From a virus: a stretch of DNA of 64,000 bases. The notes below the pieces were generated by a model. It ran no database searches. It worked only from the letters and a program-made list of their open reading frames with translations, and was not told where the DNA came from. The stretch lies in IMG/VR virus record IMGVR_UViG_3300044971_004534; one strand, written 5' to 3'. Within the stretch, counting starts at the first letter, position 1, and each line of letters opens with the position of its first letter. Made by a program: the position numbers and the translations under genes. This document shows, piece by piece, positions 37,368-45,516 of the stretch.

Positions 37368-37543
37368 GTGACGATCAACCAAAGACCATTAAGGAAATGG
37401 TTACGGATGCACTGACAAGCGTTGTCACGGAGATGTGGCGGGAAGAAAACCCGTACCTAGATCCGCAGGATTATGCTTATGACTTTCAGCGATTCTGTGA
37501 GAGGAAGTTGTTTTGTGCCATGGGACTAAGAGGGAAGCAGTGA
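37364..37543 (+). CDS. small hypothetical protein (59 aa)
   Basis: Sub-threshold ORF, ATGA overlap upstream and TGATG overlap downstream. Confidence 0.35.
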   Translation: MSDDQPKTIKEMVTDALTSVVTEMWREENPYLDPQDYAYDFQRFCERKLFCAMGLRGKQ

Positions 37544-38130
37544 TGGCATACAAACAGGCATGGCTCATTGGCTGCACCCATTTCGGTCACGATGCCATGT
37601 ATACGTTCAGGAGAAAAAACGGCGAGAAGGTTCGTCCATACCAAAACGCAGCGGAAGGCGATGAGGTGATGGTTGAGAACTGGAATCGTGTGGTAAAACC
37701 CGGTGACAAGGTGTACGTCCTTGGAGATGTCGCTTTCCGTCCTGAGCATCTTGCCGTGATGAATAGCCTGAACGGATCAAAGGTTCTCATCAAGGGAAAC
37801 CACGATGACTTGCAGATGTCTGTCTACGCGAAGTACTTCAGGGACATCCGTGCCACACATCAGTTGGAGAACGAAATACTTTCCCATATCCCGCTGCATC
37901 CGCAGTCTCTTTACAGGCACAAGACTGGCGGCTACTGGCTGAACATCCATGCACATCTTCATGCTGAAGCGGTGATGGAGGGAGATGAAGGATGCCCTGA
38001 TGACCTGATGCGACCGCACATGTCTGAAGATCCCAGGTATTTCTCCGTGTGTGTCGAGCGCATCGGCTACACTCCCATATCCATTGACGAGATCAGGAGC
38101 AGGCTTGACAGGACTGCGAAGGAATCATAA
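37543..38130 (+). CDS. calcineurin-like metallophosphoesterase
   Basis: 'LIGCTHFGHD', 'VYVLGDV', 'LIKGNHD', 'HAHLH' motifs. Confidence 0.75.
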   Translation: MAYKQAWLIGCTHFGHDAMYTFRRKNGEKVRPYQNAAEGDEVMVENWNRVVKPGDKVYVLGDVAFRPEHLAVMNSLNGSKVLIKGNHDDLQMSVYAKYFRDIRATHQLENEILSHIPLHPQSLYRHKTGGYWLNIHAHLHAEAVMEGDEGCPDDLMRPHMSEDPRYFSVCVERIGYTPISIDEIRSRLDRTAKES

Positions 38131-38131
38131 A

Positions 38132-38419
38132 ATGAACAGGCTGCAACGGATAGAAAAAGGCATCATCGACAGGATGGTTCCAGATGAGCAGTACGACTAC
38201 AATCAGATCATGTTCGCTGCTTCTGAGTACGTGTATGCTGGAGTCAATTCTGTTGAGGTGGATGAAGTTCTTCTTATCCTCATCAAGAGAGGAGTGATCA
38301 TGCCAGTGTCAAAGAAGGGCGGCAAATCTTCTCTTCGGCAAATACTCCATGACGAGTGCATGTTCGTTCTCAATCCGTTCGGAGAACTCCTTGAAAAGGC
38401 AAAAAGCTACAATGCGTGA
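38132..38419 (+). CDS. small winged-helix-like protein, family 'NPF.ELL..AKS.N'
   Basis: ATG 38132; C-terminus 'LNPFGELLEKAKSYNA' shared with 38412-38684 and 39048-39344. Confidence 0.5.
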   Translation: MNRLQRIEKGIIDRMVPDEQYDYNQIMFAASEYVYAGVNSVEVDEVLLILIKRGVIMPVSKKGGKSSLRQILHDECMFVLNPFGELLEKAKSYNA

Positions 38420-38684
38420 AGGCAGCAAGAAACTCTGCGTTGTTGAAGAGGACATCTTGTCCAGCATCGTGTCTGCACGAAAGATTGAGTATCACGCCCT
38501 GTACAGGCGTGTGAAGAAAAAACACGGCAATTTCAACCTGAACGACTTCAGCGTTTATCTGTCGAATCTTTTGCGTGAGAACTACATCACGGAAGACAGG
38601 TTCAGGGACGCAATGGGAAGAGTGTCTTTTGTGGAAATTTCACCCACGCCGTTCTACGAATTGCTGAAAGCCGCCAAAAATTGA
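38412..38684 (+). CDS. small winged-helix-like protein, same family
   Basis: ATG 38412; ends 'SPTPFYELLKAAKN'. Confidence 0.5.
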   Translation: MREGSKKLCVVEEDILSSIVSARKIEYHALYRRVKKKHGNFNLNDFSVYLSNLLRENYITEDRFRDAMGRVSFVEISPTPFYELLKAAKN

Positions 38685-38726
38685 AGTTTTCGTGGCGATA
38701 CGGCATATGTTCGGTTACTGGTTAGT

Positions 38727-38894
38727 ATGAGCCCTGAATTCGCCATGGTGTTGTCTTTTGTTGCCATTCCTGCCTTCATTGCGTTCCTTGGATACGCCAT
38801 GTACAACGAGGTCTGGCCTTTTGAGCCCAAAGTAAATTACCCCAAAAAGAATTTTGGAGCAAAGAACTATGTCTACCCCCAAAGAAAAGTCTGA
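38727..38894 (+). CDS. small membrane protein (55 aa)
   Basis: Sub-threshold + strand ORF 'MSPEFAMVLSFVAIPAFIAFLGYAMY...'; preferred over the antisense track ORFs. Confidence 0.35.
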   Translation: MSPEFAMVLSFVAIPAFIAFLGYAMYNEVWPFEPKVNYPKKNFGAKNYVYPQRKV

Positions 38895-39021
38895 ATACAT
38901 CACCGTTTCCGTTCCTGTCTCTGCGATCAAGTCTGTTGTCATTACTGCATTCACCGCTTGGGGCATCTGGATTCTGTACCTGATGGTGCAGATGATGGCA
39001 AGCATGCCCGTGAAAAAGTAA
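38869..39021 (+). CDS. small membrane protein (50 aa)
   Basis: 'ggagcaaagaactATG'; hydrophobic 'VVITAFTAWGIWILYLMVQMM'. Confidence 0.35.
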   Translation: MSTPKEKSEYITVSVPVSAIKSVVITAFTAWGIWILYLMVQMMASMPVKK

Positions 39022-39047
39022 TGCATCGTTCAGGAGGTGCGTGAGTA

Positions 39048-39344
39048 TTGAAGCGCTCCGTGAATCCATCCATAAAAGCGCTGGAAGAAAAGATACTTTT
39101 CTTCATCATGCACCATGACAGAACAAGGCCTGTTTCTTTTTTCGATATCTACACACACGCAGAAATTGAGTTCGGCGTTAACGCACTGGACCGCACCAAG
39201 AGGCACATGTTCTCTAACAGGGTGCATAATGCCGTGAACAGGCTTCAGCGCAAGGGTCGCATCTATACGGTGGGCGGAACTTTCACTCTTTTCATGGCGA
39301 ATCCTTTCAGCGAGATCATCGACATCGCCAAGAGCAAGAATTAA
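39048..39344 (+). CDS. small winged-helix-like protein, same family
   Basis: TTG start 10 nt after 'aggagg'; ends 'ANPFSEIIDIAKSKN'. Confidence 0.5.
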   Translation: MKRSVNPSIKALEEKILFFIMHHDRTRPVSFFDIYTHAEIEFGVNALDRTKRHMFSNRVHNAVNRLQRKGRIYTVGGTFTLFMANPFSEIIDIAKSKN

Positions 39345-39349
39345 CTTAC

Positions 39350-39769
39350 ATGTTTATTCTTCCAGGGACAAAGCTTCGTGTGACCGTCTACCGAAACCTG
39401 CAAAAGCAGTGTTGGTCTGTAAAAGATAGGTACACGGGAAGAGTCATTGCCCATCTGCCTTCTCTTTGTCTTGAAGGTGAAGGGGGCTGCGTTTTCAAGG
39501 TGTCACAGTCAGGGCGCGAGCGCGTTCTTCGTGAGCGGGTAAAGAATGTCCATGCGGGAGTGTGGAGTGAGTGGACGGCAACCGATCACCCTTGGCAGTA
39601 CACGCCACTGAAAAAGGCAGTCAAAGTGTCTTACAATCCGTACAGAGCGCCCCACTTCGTCACTGTCCACAACAAGCCTGTCTTGAGTGCAAAAAGAGTG
39701 GAATTTCGTCCAGACGGGACAGCGTGGGCAGAAGATGTAATCTATGGGAAAGTAGCGTACATTCCTTGA
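39350..39769 (+). CDS. hypothetical protein
   Basis: 139-aa ORF. Confidence 0.55.
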   Translation: MFILPGTKLRVTVYRNLQKQCWSVKDRYTGRVIAHLPSLCLEGEGGCVFKVSQSGRERVLRERVKNVHAGVWSEWTATDHPWQYTPLKKAVKVSYNPYRAPHFVTVHNKPVLSAKRVEFRPDGTAWAEDVIYGKVAYIP

Positions 39770-39794
39770 CGCGGGGACGCAGGGGGTGTACAAT
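39766..39794 (+). promoter_or_regulatory. sigma70-like promoter, predicted leaderless transcript
   Basis: TTGACG-17 nt-TACAAT (preceded by TG); -10 ends 6 nt before ATG 39801. Confidence 0.5.
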
Positions 39795-39800
39795 CGTGTC

Positions 39801-39995
39801 ATGGCTACCAAATCCGCTATTCTTATCCCAAAAGAAGATTACAAAAAGTTACGTTCAATCCTGAAGGGCAGGAATCCAGAGGCTATTAGAAACTCTCGCA
39901 AGCGGACTGCGAGACTGTGCAAGTCCATTGCTGCACACCGATCTTCCATTCGTGCCAGTGTGCGCTCCCTCAAGTCTGCAAGAGACAGTCGTTGA
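39801..39995 (+). CDS. small basic protein (64 aa), candidate leaderless
   Basis: ATG 39801 (track ORF begins 39786); R/K/S-rich. Confidence 0.4.
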   Translation: MATKSAILIPKEDYKKLRSILKGRNPEAIRNSRKRTARLCKSIAAHRSSIRASVRSLKSARDSR

Positions 39996-39997
39996 GC

Positions 39998-40462
39998 ATG
40001 GAGCCGTTTGACTACGGGGTTGATTTCTCTTCCGTTGATTTCAGGAAGAATCCCCATCTGTACAAAGTGGGCAGGGGAGAACAGGGCGTTCTCCTTGTGG
40101 AGCCGTACAAGAGCGAGATTCTTCCCCATTGGCGTTTCAGGAATCCTGCCATTGCACGTGAGTCTGCCCAAAAGATTTACAGAATGTTCCTGTCGTACAT
40201 CTCGCAGGGAGATTTCGTTGGTGCTGACATGGCGAGAAAGTACCTGATGATGGGTTGGACTCGCGCAAGAAGGTACGCAAACTACTCCGGTGGTAAAAAG
40301 TACGGAAGTGACGGAAAGCTCAACGAGCGTCTTCCCGATCACGACACATCGGAAAAGGCTCAATCCGCCGCCGTATTCAAGGAGTACTACGAGATGGCAA
40401 AATCAAACAAAGAATATGGGCAGATGCTCATTTTTTGGGGGAAGACAAATGCTGTCTCCTGA
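39998..40462 (+). CDS. DUF4385-like protein
   Basis: ATG 39998; 'HLYKVGRGEQGVLLVEPYKSEILPHWRF', 'GDFVGADMARKYLMMGWTRARRYANYSGGKKY' as I recall for DUF4385. Confidence 0.55.
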   Translation: MEPFDYGVDFSSVDFRKNPHLYKVGRGEQGVLLVEPYKSEILPHWRFRNPAIARESAQKIYRMFLSYISQGDFVGADMARKYLMMGWTRARRYANYSGGKKYGSDGKLNERLPDHDTSEKAQSAAVFKEYYEMAKSNKEYGQMLIFWGKTNAVS

Positions 40463-40754
40463 AGAAAAGGAAAAGCGTCTCCGAGCAATCCGGGAAGTCT
40501 ACGAGAGGGCGCGTGATGATTGGGAGCGTGAAGGCGGCTTTGAAGGAAGGCGTGGCTGGACTCACAGAGCACGCAGTTGCTATGAACACGCAAAGGCGCG
40601 TTATGAATGGGCTCTCAAGGGGTATTTTCATTGGGAGCCAGGTTACGGCTTGATGACAGAAGAACAGCGTCAAGAGAACGAAACCCGTCAAGAGAAGTGG
40701 ATGCAGAATTTTTTTGCAGAAGTAGACGAGTGGAAGAAGACGCGGGGCTTCTAA
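40449..40754 (+). CDS. hypothetical protein
   Basis: ATG 40449 overlapping the upstream end; charged helical sequence. Confidence 0.45.
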   Translation: MLSPEEKEKRLRAIREVYERARDDWEREGGFEGRRGWTHRARSCYEHAKARYEWALKGYFHWEPGYGLMTEEQRQENETRQEKWMQNFFAEVDEWKKTRGF

Positions 40755-40975
40755 AACTCCAATTCGCTCCTCCATAAGCAAAATCCACTTCATAAGAAAA
40801 TTCGGGGCAAGGAAAGTACACATCAACACTACTTATAGTATTTTTTCATTTACAATCCACTACCTATTGGTATTGCGTCTAAAATGCTACTTCTTTCCTT
40901 CCTTTTTTACACCCCAGTCTTTAAGCTTAAAAAGCTGCAAAATTATTCTTAAAACTTAAAAACCTTTCTCCTTGT

Positions 40976-41281
40976 ATGTCGTGTATGATGGAATACGTGG
41001 ACACAGACCGCCTGACTCCCCTACAGGTGGAGGCGATGAAGAGCGAGATGCTGTCTCTTGTGCATGATATCAGTCACGGAGGGTGGGTAAGCGTACAGTT
41101 GTTGTGGAGTGCGTGTGACACTTCCCTTTCCCCCAAGCAGCAGCAGTATTTCTACAAGGTGATGTACGAGTTGTTTGACGAGGGAAAGATCGAAAGCAGG
41201 AAGTCCACCAATCCCAAGGAGTGGGACATCAGGATCTGCCCCTTGTACTCCCTCCTCCTCTCTTCAAAAACACGTTCTTAA
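40976..41281 (+). CDS. hypothetical protein (possible winged helix)
   Basis: 101-aa ORF after a 220-bp AT-rich non-coding gap. Confidence 0.45.
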   Translation: MSCMMEYVDTDRLTPLQVEAMKSEMLSLVHDISHGGWVSVQLLWSACDTSLSPKQQQYFYKVMYELFDEGKIESRKSTNPKEWDIRICPLYSLLLSSKTRS

Positions 41282-41300
41282 GAAAATTCGGGCAAACAAG

Positions 41301-41603
41301 ATGACCACCAATACTACCACGCAGAAACTACTAGAAGACCTGAAAAGCCCTGAACGGAATGTCCGCATGGATGCAGCAAGGAATCCCAATGCCACTCCCG
41401 AAGTACTTCTTATTGCGATGAAAGACGAGTATCAGTATGTCCGCCAAGTAGCAGCAGCCAATTCCAATGCCACTCCCCAAGTGCTTCTTATTGCCCTGAA
41501 AGACGAGGATTATTTTGTCCGCAGAGCAGCAAAATGGGCAATAGAAGAAAATCCCTTCTTAGCACTCCAAATCGCTGCTCTCCAAGGAAAAGCCTCTTCT
41601 TAA
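41301..41603 (+). CDS. HEAT/leucine-rich-repeat-variant repeat protein
   Basis: ATG 41301; two 'VR..AA.N.NATP.VLLIA.KDE' repeats. Confidence 0.55.
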   Translation: MTTNTTTQKLLEDLKSPERNVRMDAARNPNATPEVLLIAMKDEYQYVRQVAAANSNATPQVLLIALKDEDYFVRRAAKWAIEENPFLALQIAALQGKASS

Positions 41604-41697
41604 GAAAATTCGGGGGAAAGGTATATCACTTCAAAAAAACAGAATATGACCAAAATTTCACCCCTCTTTCCCTCCCTTCCCATCCCGATAAAGCCGT

Positions 41698-42327
41698 ATG
41701 GCAGAAAAGGAAGAAGTACAAGACAGCTTGTTCTCCCATGTAACCCTTTGGGAAGAACTGAGAGCGTGTAGCAAATGCTCCTCCATGCACCCTCTTTCCC
41801 ACTACAAGTGCATAGATAAAAGGGATAAGAAAGGATACTACCTACGAGGGAAGTGCCGTTTGTGCAAAAAGATTGAGTTTGACCAAAAATACGAACGCAA
41901 GTTGGCAGCAAACTTGTTCCCAGACAAAAGGGAATGCATCGTATGCAAGAAGGAAAAGCACCGCAACCAGTTCAATGTTCACAAGAAAGCAAAGAGCGGA
42001 CTGTACGGTGTATGCAAATCATGTTATGTAAAAAAGAATTACTTTTTCCGCCACTCCCAATCCAATCCCACTCAAGAAGATTTTGAGCGCTATTGCAAAG
42101 CCACTTGCTGCGAATGCTGTGGAGAGCCATTCCAAAAACAGGGGAAAAGAAAAAAGTGTCAAGACCATGACCACGACACAAATGCACTCAGAGGCATCAT
42201 TTGCCAGCAATGCAACTGGGGTGAAGGCTTACTGAAGCATGGTTCAAAATGCATTTCTGAACATTCCCGTTCGTGTGTCTTGAAGTACATGGAGAAGTGG
42301 GGAATCACCCCCAAAGATCCCGCATGA
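41698..42327 (+). CDS. recombination endonuclease VII-like protein
   Basis: 'CCECCGEPF...CQDHDHDTNALRGIICQQCNWGEGLL' = Endo VII signature; extra N-terminal Cys-rich region. Confidence 0.75.
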   Translation: MAEKEEVQDSLFSHVTLWEELRACSKCSSMHPLSHYKCIDKRDKKGYYLRGKCRLCKKIEFDQKYERKLAANLFPDKRECIVCKKEKHRNQFNVHKKAKSGLYGVCKSCYVKKNYFFRHSQSNPTQEDFERYCKATCCECCGEPFQKQGKRKKCQDHDHDTNALRGIICQQCNWGEGLLKHGSKCISEHSRSCVLKYMEKWGITPKDPA

Positions 42328-42436
42328 ATCCCATGTCCGATCAAGATGTGCCGCCCGAGTATTGGGTGTACTGGTGCGGTCTTCCAATCCTCGTAAGGGC
42401 GTGACAGCGTTTGGCTCAACGCAACTGCAGCAATAA

Positions 42437-42593
42437 CCCTCATTCCGATCTCTGTAGCAAAAGGGGTTTATTAGAAATATACCCCCCTCATTTTCACTTC
42501 TGTAGCAAAAGGGGTTTATTAGAAATATACCCCCCTCATTTGGATCTCCGTAGCAAGGTTTATTAGAAATATACCCCCCTCATTTGGATCTCT
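42437..42593 (+). repeat. tandem direct repeats, 3.2 copies of a 48-bp unit (48, 48, 44 bp)
   Basis: CCCTCATT recurs at 42437, 42485, 42533, 42577; unit 'TCTGTAGCAAAAGGGGTTTATTAGAAATATACCCCCCTCATT' contains a GGGGT/ACCCC inverted repeat. Confidence 0.85.
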
Positions 42594-42733
42594 ACTTGCC
42601 GCCCATCTGCGCCATGGAATTTTCTTATATTAGATAATTCGCTGCCCCACTTCCCTCCACACTGCCCCACATTGCAACACACTTCATCACACTTCTTACA
42701 AAATTCACGGCCCACTGGGGGAGGTTTTCCCTC

Positions 42734-43432
42734 ATGTCCGATGAATATAAAATCATGAACTGGTATTCAATTATGAAATTAGCTGATGCTCTTACGGGCG
42801 ATGATGACGAGGCGTTGTGGCGGGAGATAGGGGAAGCTGGCCCTCGCCCGCTGGGTGGGTATGGCCGTGAAGACCTGAGCGGGGAATACTCCAGACGCCA
42901 ACAATTCACCCACCGTTATGGTTGGGCTGTTCCTTCACGTGGAGCACTGAAGAAGATGAAGGAATGGATTGGCGGTGGCAAGGTGATAGAGGTGGGAGGG
43001 GGTAGGGGTCTATGGAGTCGCTTGCTTCGTGGTATGGGGGTAACGGTTGAGGTGTCTGATGCGTATGGGGCAAAGGAGAATTTCTTCCTGAAGGACAGGT
43101 TCAAGGAGAAGGACGAGGGTTCTGACCACACGTGGACGGAGGTTCAGCAGATGAGTGGTGAGGACCATGCTGCTACGGGTGGACCGAACGACGTGTTGAT
43201 GATGATCTGGCCGTACATGGAAGACGAGGGTGCAAAGGGAGACTGGCAGGGTGAGGCACTGAGGCGCTTTGGGGGCAGGAAGTTCATCTACGTTGGGGAG
43301 AGTGAAGGTGGGGCCACTGGATCACCTGGTTTGTGGGCTGAGCTGAACAAGGGATGGCGTGTTGTGGGCGAGGTTGAAATTCCTCGTTGGTGGGGAATGC
43401 ACGACTGGGTGGTTTTTTACGAGAGGAATTGA
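42734..43432 (+). CDS. hypothetical protein, possible SAM-dependent methyltransferase
   Basis: 'KVIEVGGGRGLWSRLL' motif I-like; internal 'MNWYSIMKLA' alternative start. Confidence 0.45.
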   Translation: MSDEYKIMNWYSIMKLADALTGDDDEALWREIGEAGPRPLGGYGREDLSGEYSRRQQFTHRYGWAVPSRGALKKMKEWIGGGKVIEVGGGRGLWSRLLRGMGVTVEVSDAYGAKENFFLKDRFKEKDEGSDHTWTEVQQMSGEDHAATGGPNDVLMMIWPYMEDEGAKGDWQGEALRRFGGRKFIYVGESEGGATGSPGLWAELNKGWRVVGEVEIPRWWGMHDWVVFYERN

Positions 43433-43472
43433 TTTTTTTGGTCGTCTAGGTACGATAGATGGATATAGAAGT

Positions 43473-43498
43473 GAGTTCCCTTGGGGAACTCATCTTTG
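43473..43498 (+). terminator. putative terminator
   Basis: GAGTTCCC/GGGAACTC stem followed by ATCTTTGG. Confidence 0.4.
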
Positions 43499-43526
43499 GT
43501 GCGGTGTGTGCTAGGATTAAAAAACT

Positions 43527-43601
43527 GGCCCTGTCGTCTAGCCTGGTCTAGGACACCTCCCTTTCACGGAGGTAACAGGGGTTCGAATCCCCTCAGGGTC
43601 A
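43527..43601 (+). tRNA. tRNA-Glu (anticodon TTC)
   Basis: Acceptor GGCCCTG/CAGGGTC, anticodon arm CCTCC-CTTTCAC-GGAGG, T-loop TTCGAAT. Confidence 0.9.
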
Positions 43602-43620
43602 CTTTCTTAGGATTTTAAAC

Positions 43621-44325
43621 ATGATTAGGCGTCACATGGACGTGAGCAGAGTAACTCACGCAAGCTGGCAGTACGTGGCGTTCCATGAGAGCGCTGATGT
43701 ACGTGACAAGTGGGGGCTGCGCTCTAGTGAATACGGCATGCAGGCTGTGCGTCGTATGCGGTACATCTGGGGCTGGCATTTTCATTTCAAGTCTATGGGT
43801 GACATTGACTTGTTTGATCGGCTGGGAGCTCGCAAGCACCGTGAGTGGATGGAAAAGGGGGTTACGTTGACCCCTCGTGAGGAGTCTTTGCTGTGCCGTT
43901 GGGGTGATGAGGTCTTTGGGAGTTGGTGTGACGAGGAGGTTTGGGGGTGTGGGGCCATGCGGAAGCGGGTGAAGGCAAAGGGTCGTTGTCCTACTCCTGC
44001 GATGGTGTGGGTAACGACTGTTGTGGGGAGTAAATGGTGGACGGACAGAATGGGGGTGTCTGATTTTACTTTGCGCCCCAAAATGGTCCATGTTCCACCT
44101 GGTGCGAAGCGGTTCGTGAGGGTGAAGGACGATGAGTGCGATAAGTTTGTTCCCCCTTGGGGTATGAACGCGGTGGGGTTTGCGTTGGAATTATTGCGGG
44201 AAAAAAAAGACTCTCCCATTCCCGTCAAGCGCTTTGAGGCGTTTGCTCGCAGATTCTGGGGGGCAGAGCTGAGAGGTGGGGGAATTGAGAGAGTCCGTGA
44301 GCTGGGAGGGAAGGGTCTCTTGTAA
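43621..44325 (+). CDS. hypothetical protein
   Basis: 234-aa W/R-rich ORF; preferred over two low-complexity antisense ORFs. Confidence 0.45.
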   Translation: MIRRHMDVSRVTHASWQYVAFHESADVRDKWGLRSSEYGMQAVRRMRYIWGWHFHFKSMGDIDLFDRLGARKHREWMEKGVTLTPREESLLCRWGDEVFGSWCDEEVWGCGAMRKRVKAKGRCPTPAMVWVTTVVGSKWWTDRMGVSDFTLRPKMVHVPPGAKRFVRVKDDECDKFVPPWGMNAVGFALELLREKKDSPIPVKRFEAFARRFWGAELRGGGIERVRELGGKGLL

Positions 44326-44398
44326 TTCCCTAGCGAGAAGGGAAAGCGCTCGAAAGCGGTGTCCAAGAGACCCTTATCACTCTCAGGGGGGTTTTTAT

Positions 44399-45430
44399 TT
44401 ATCGGCACGGATGGAGAAATTTAAGGAAGTCTTCAGATACTTTTTTCCATGTGTGACCGCTTGCGTGCCTGATTGCTCCTTGAGGGGAGCAGTGGATAAT
44501 GGCTAGCACTGTGGCGAGTTTCAGTGCTGGGAGTGAGCCATCAAAGGCGAGGTATCCGTTCTTCCCGTTCTGGACCCAGTCTTTTGGTCCTGTGACGGGG
44601 TATCCCACAACGGGGAGGCCGCATGCATTTGCTTCCAGCATGACGAGTCCAAAGGTGTCGTTTTTTGATGGGAACACGAAGATGTCGGCATTGCGCAGAG
44701 CTCTCCCCACACCTTCTGGTGGGAGTGGGCCACTGAAATGAACTTTGGGGTATTTCTTTTTAAGTGTATTAAGGTACGAGCCACCGCCTACAAAAGTGCA
44801 GTGGAACCCACTGTTGGAGAGTTCGCAGAAGTCGTCTAAGCCTTTCTCTGGGTGGGCTCTGGACACGCATATAAGGCGCTTGGAGTGAATCTTGAGGGCA
44901 TTACGCTTCCACGCAGGCGGGAAGAAGTAGGACTCGTCTACGCCCCTTCCCCAGACGGCAATGCGGTGGGCTGGTGCGAGTAGGTACGACTCGTTGACGA
45001 GCTCGCCCTTTGTGGAGCGTGTGGGTACGAGAATTTTCTTAGAAAGTTTGTGGAACCACTTGAGGTAGCACTGGGTCAAGGACTGGGGGATGCCGTACCA
45101 GTCGTTTAAGATATCGGGAAATTTAGTGTGGTATCCTGTTGTGAAATGGAGGCGGGAGCTCGAGCATGCTCTCCTAGCACTGAAGCCCAGAGGTCCTTCA
45201 GTGAAAATGTGTATATGATCAGGGTTAAAGTCTTTGATTTTTTTCTTTAGGAAGGGGAAGACGAGTTTGACGCCACCGGTGAATGGCAATTGTATTCCCC
45301 AGAAGAGACCTGGATGAAGAAGCAGCACTTCGTGACCCAGCTGGGTAAGTGCTGAAGCTGTATTTTTAACTGTGGTGTAGACGCCATTGATCTGGGGCTC
45401 CCAGGCGTCTGTGACAAGGATAATCCGCAT
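44399..45430 (-). CDS. GT4 family glycosyltransferase (GT-B)
   Basis: 'MRIILVTDAWEPQINGV' and 'FVFPSKNDTFGLVMLEANACGLPVVG' GT4 signatures. Confidence 0.85.
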   Translation of the reverse strand: MRIILVTDAWEPQINGVYTTVKNTASALTQLGHEVLLLHPGLFWGIQLPFTGGVKLVFPFLKKKIKDFNPDHIHIFTEGPLGFSARRACSSSRLHFTTGYHTKFPDILNDWYGIPQSLTQCYLKWFHKLSKKILVPTRSTKGELVNESYLLAPAHRIAVWGRGVDESYFFPPAWKRNALKIHSKRLICVSRAHPEKGLDDFCELSNSGFHCTFVGGGSYLNTLKKKYPKVHFSGPLPPEGVGRALRNADIFVFPSKNDTFGLVMLEANACGLPVVGYPVTGPKDWVQNGKNGYLAFDGSLPALKLATVLAIIHCSPQGAIRHASGHTWKKVSEDFLKFLHPCR

Positions 45431-45449
45431 GGGTAAGACCCCTTTCTAA

Positions 45450-45477
45450 AATGAATTTCTATGTATAGAAATTCATT
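45450..45477. promoter_or_regulatory. 28-bp palindromic operator, copy 1
   Basis: AATGAATTTCTAT-GT-ATAGAAATTCATT, 13-bp perfect arms, 20 nt upstream of the GT4 start. Confidence 0.75.
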
Positions 45478-45516
45478 CAAAAACGAGGTGTCTCCTTCTT
45501 ATTTCTGCCCCGATTT

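Noticed and set aside
38715-39069. Two overlapping minus-strand ORFs (103 and 97 aa)
   Set aside because: They overlap each other and oppose the local + strand train. Two small + strand membrane-protein ORFs with an SD explain the region better, though they are low-confidence themselves.
42437-42593. Possible CRISPR array
   Set aside because: The repeats abut each other with no unique spacers, there are only about 3 copies, and no cas genes are nearby. I called it a tandem repeat or iteron-like array.
43782-44408. 208-aa minus-strand ORF (also 43615-44091)
   Set aside because: It is P/S/T/H-rich and low-complexity. The + strand ORF 43621-44325 looks more protein-like. Confidence in either is only moderate.
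45247-45480. ORF beginning 'MNEFLYIEIHF', and the matching N-terminal extension of 46244-46921
   Set aside because: Both 'MNEFL.IEIHF' peptides are translations of the 28-bp palindrome. I interpret the palindrome as an operator and placed the starts downstream.
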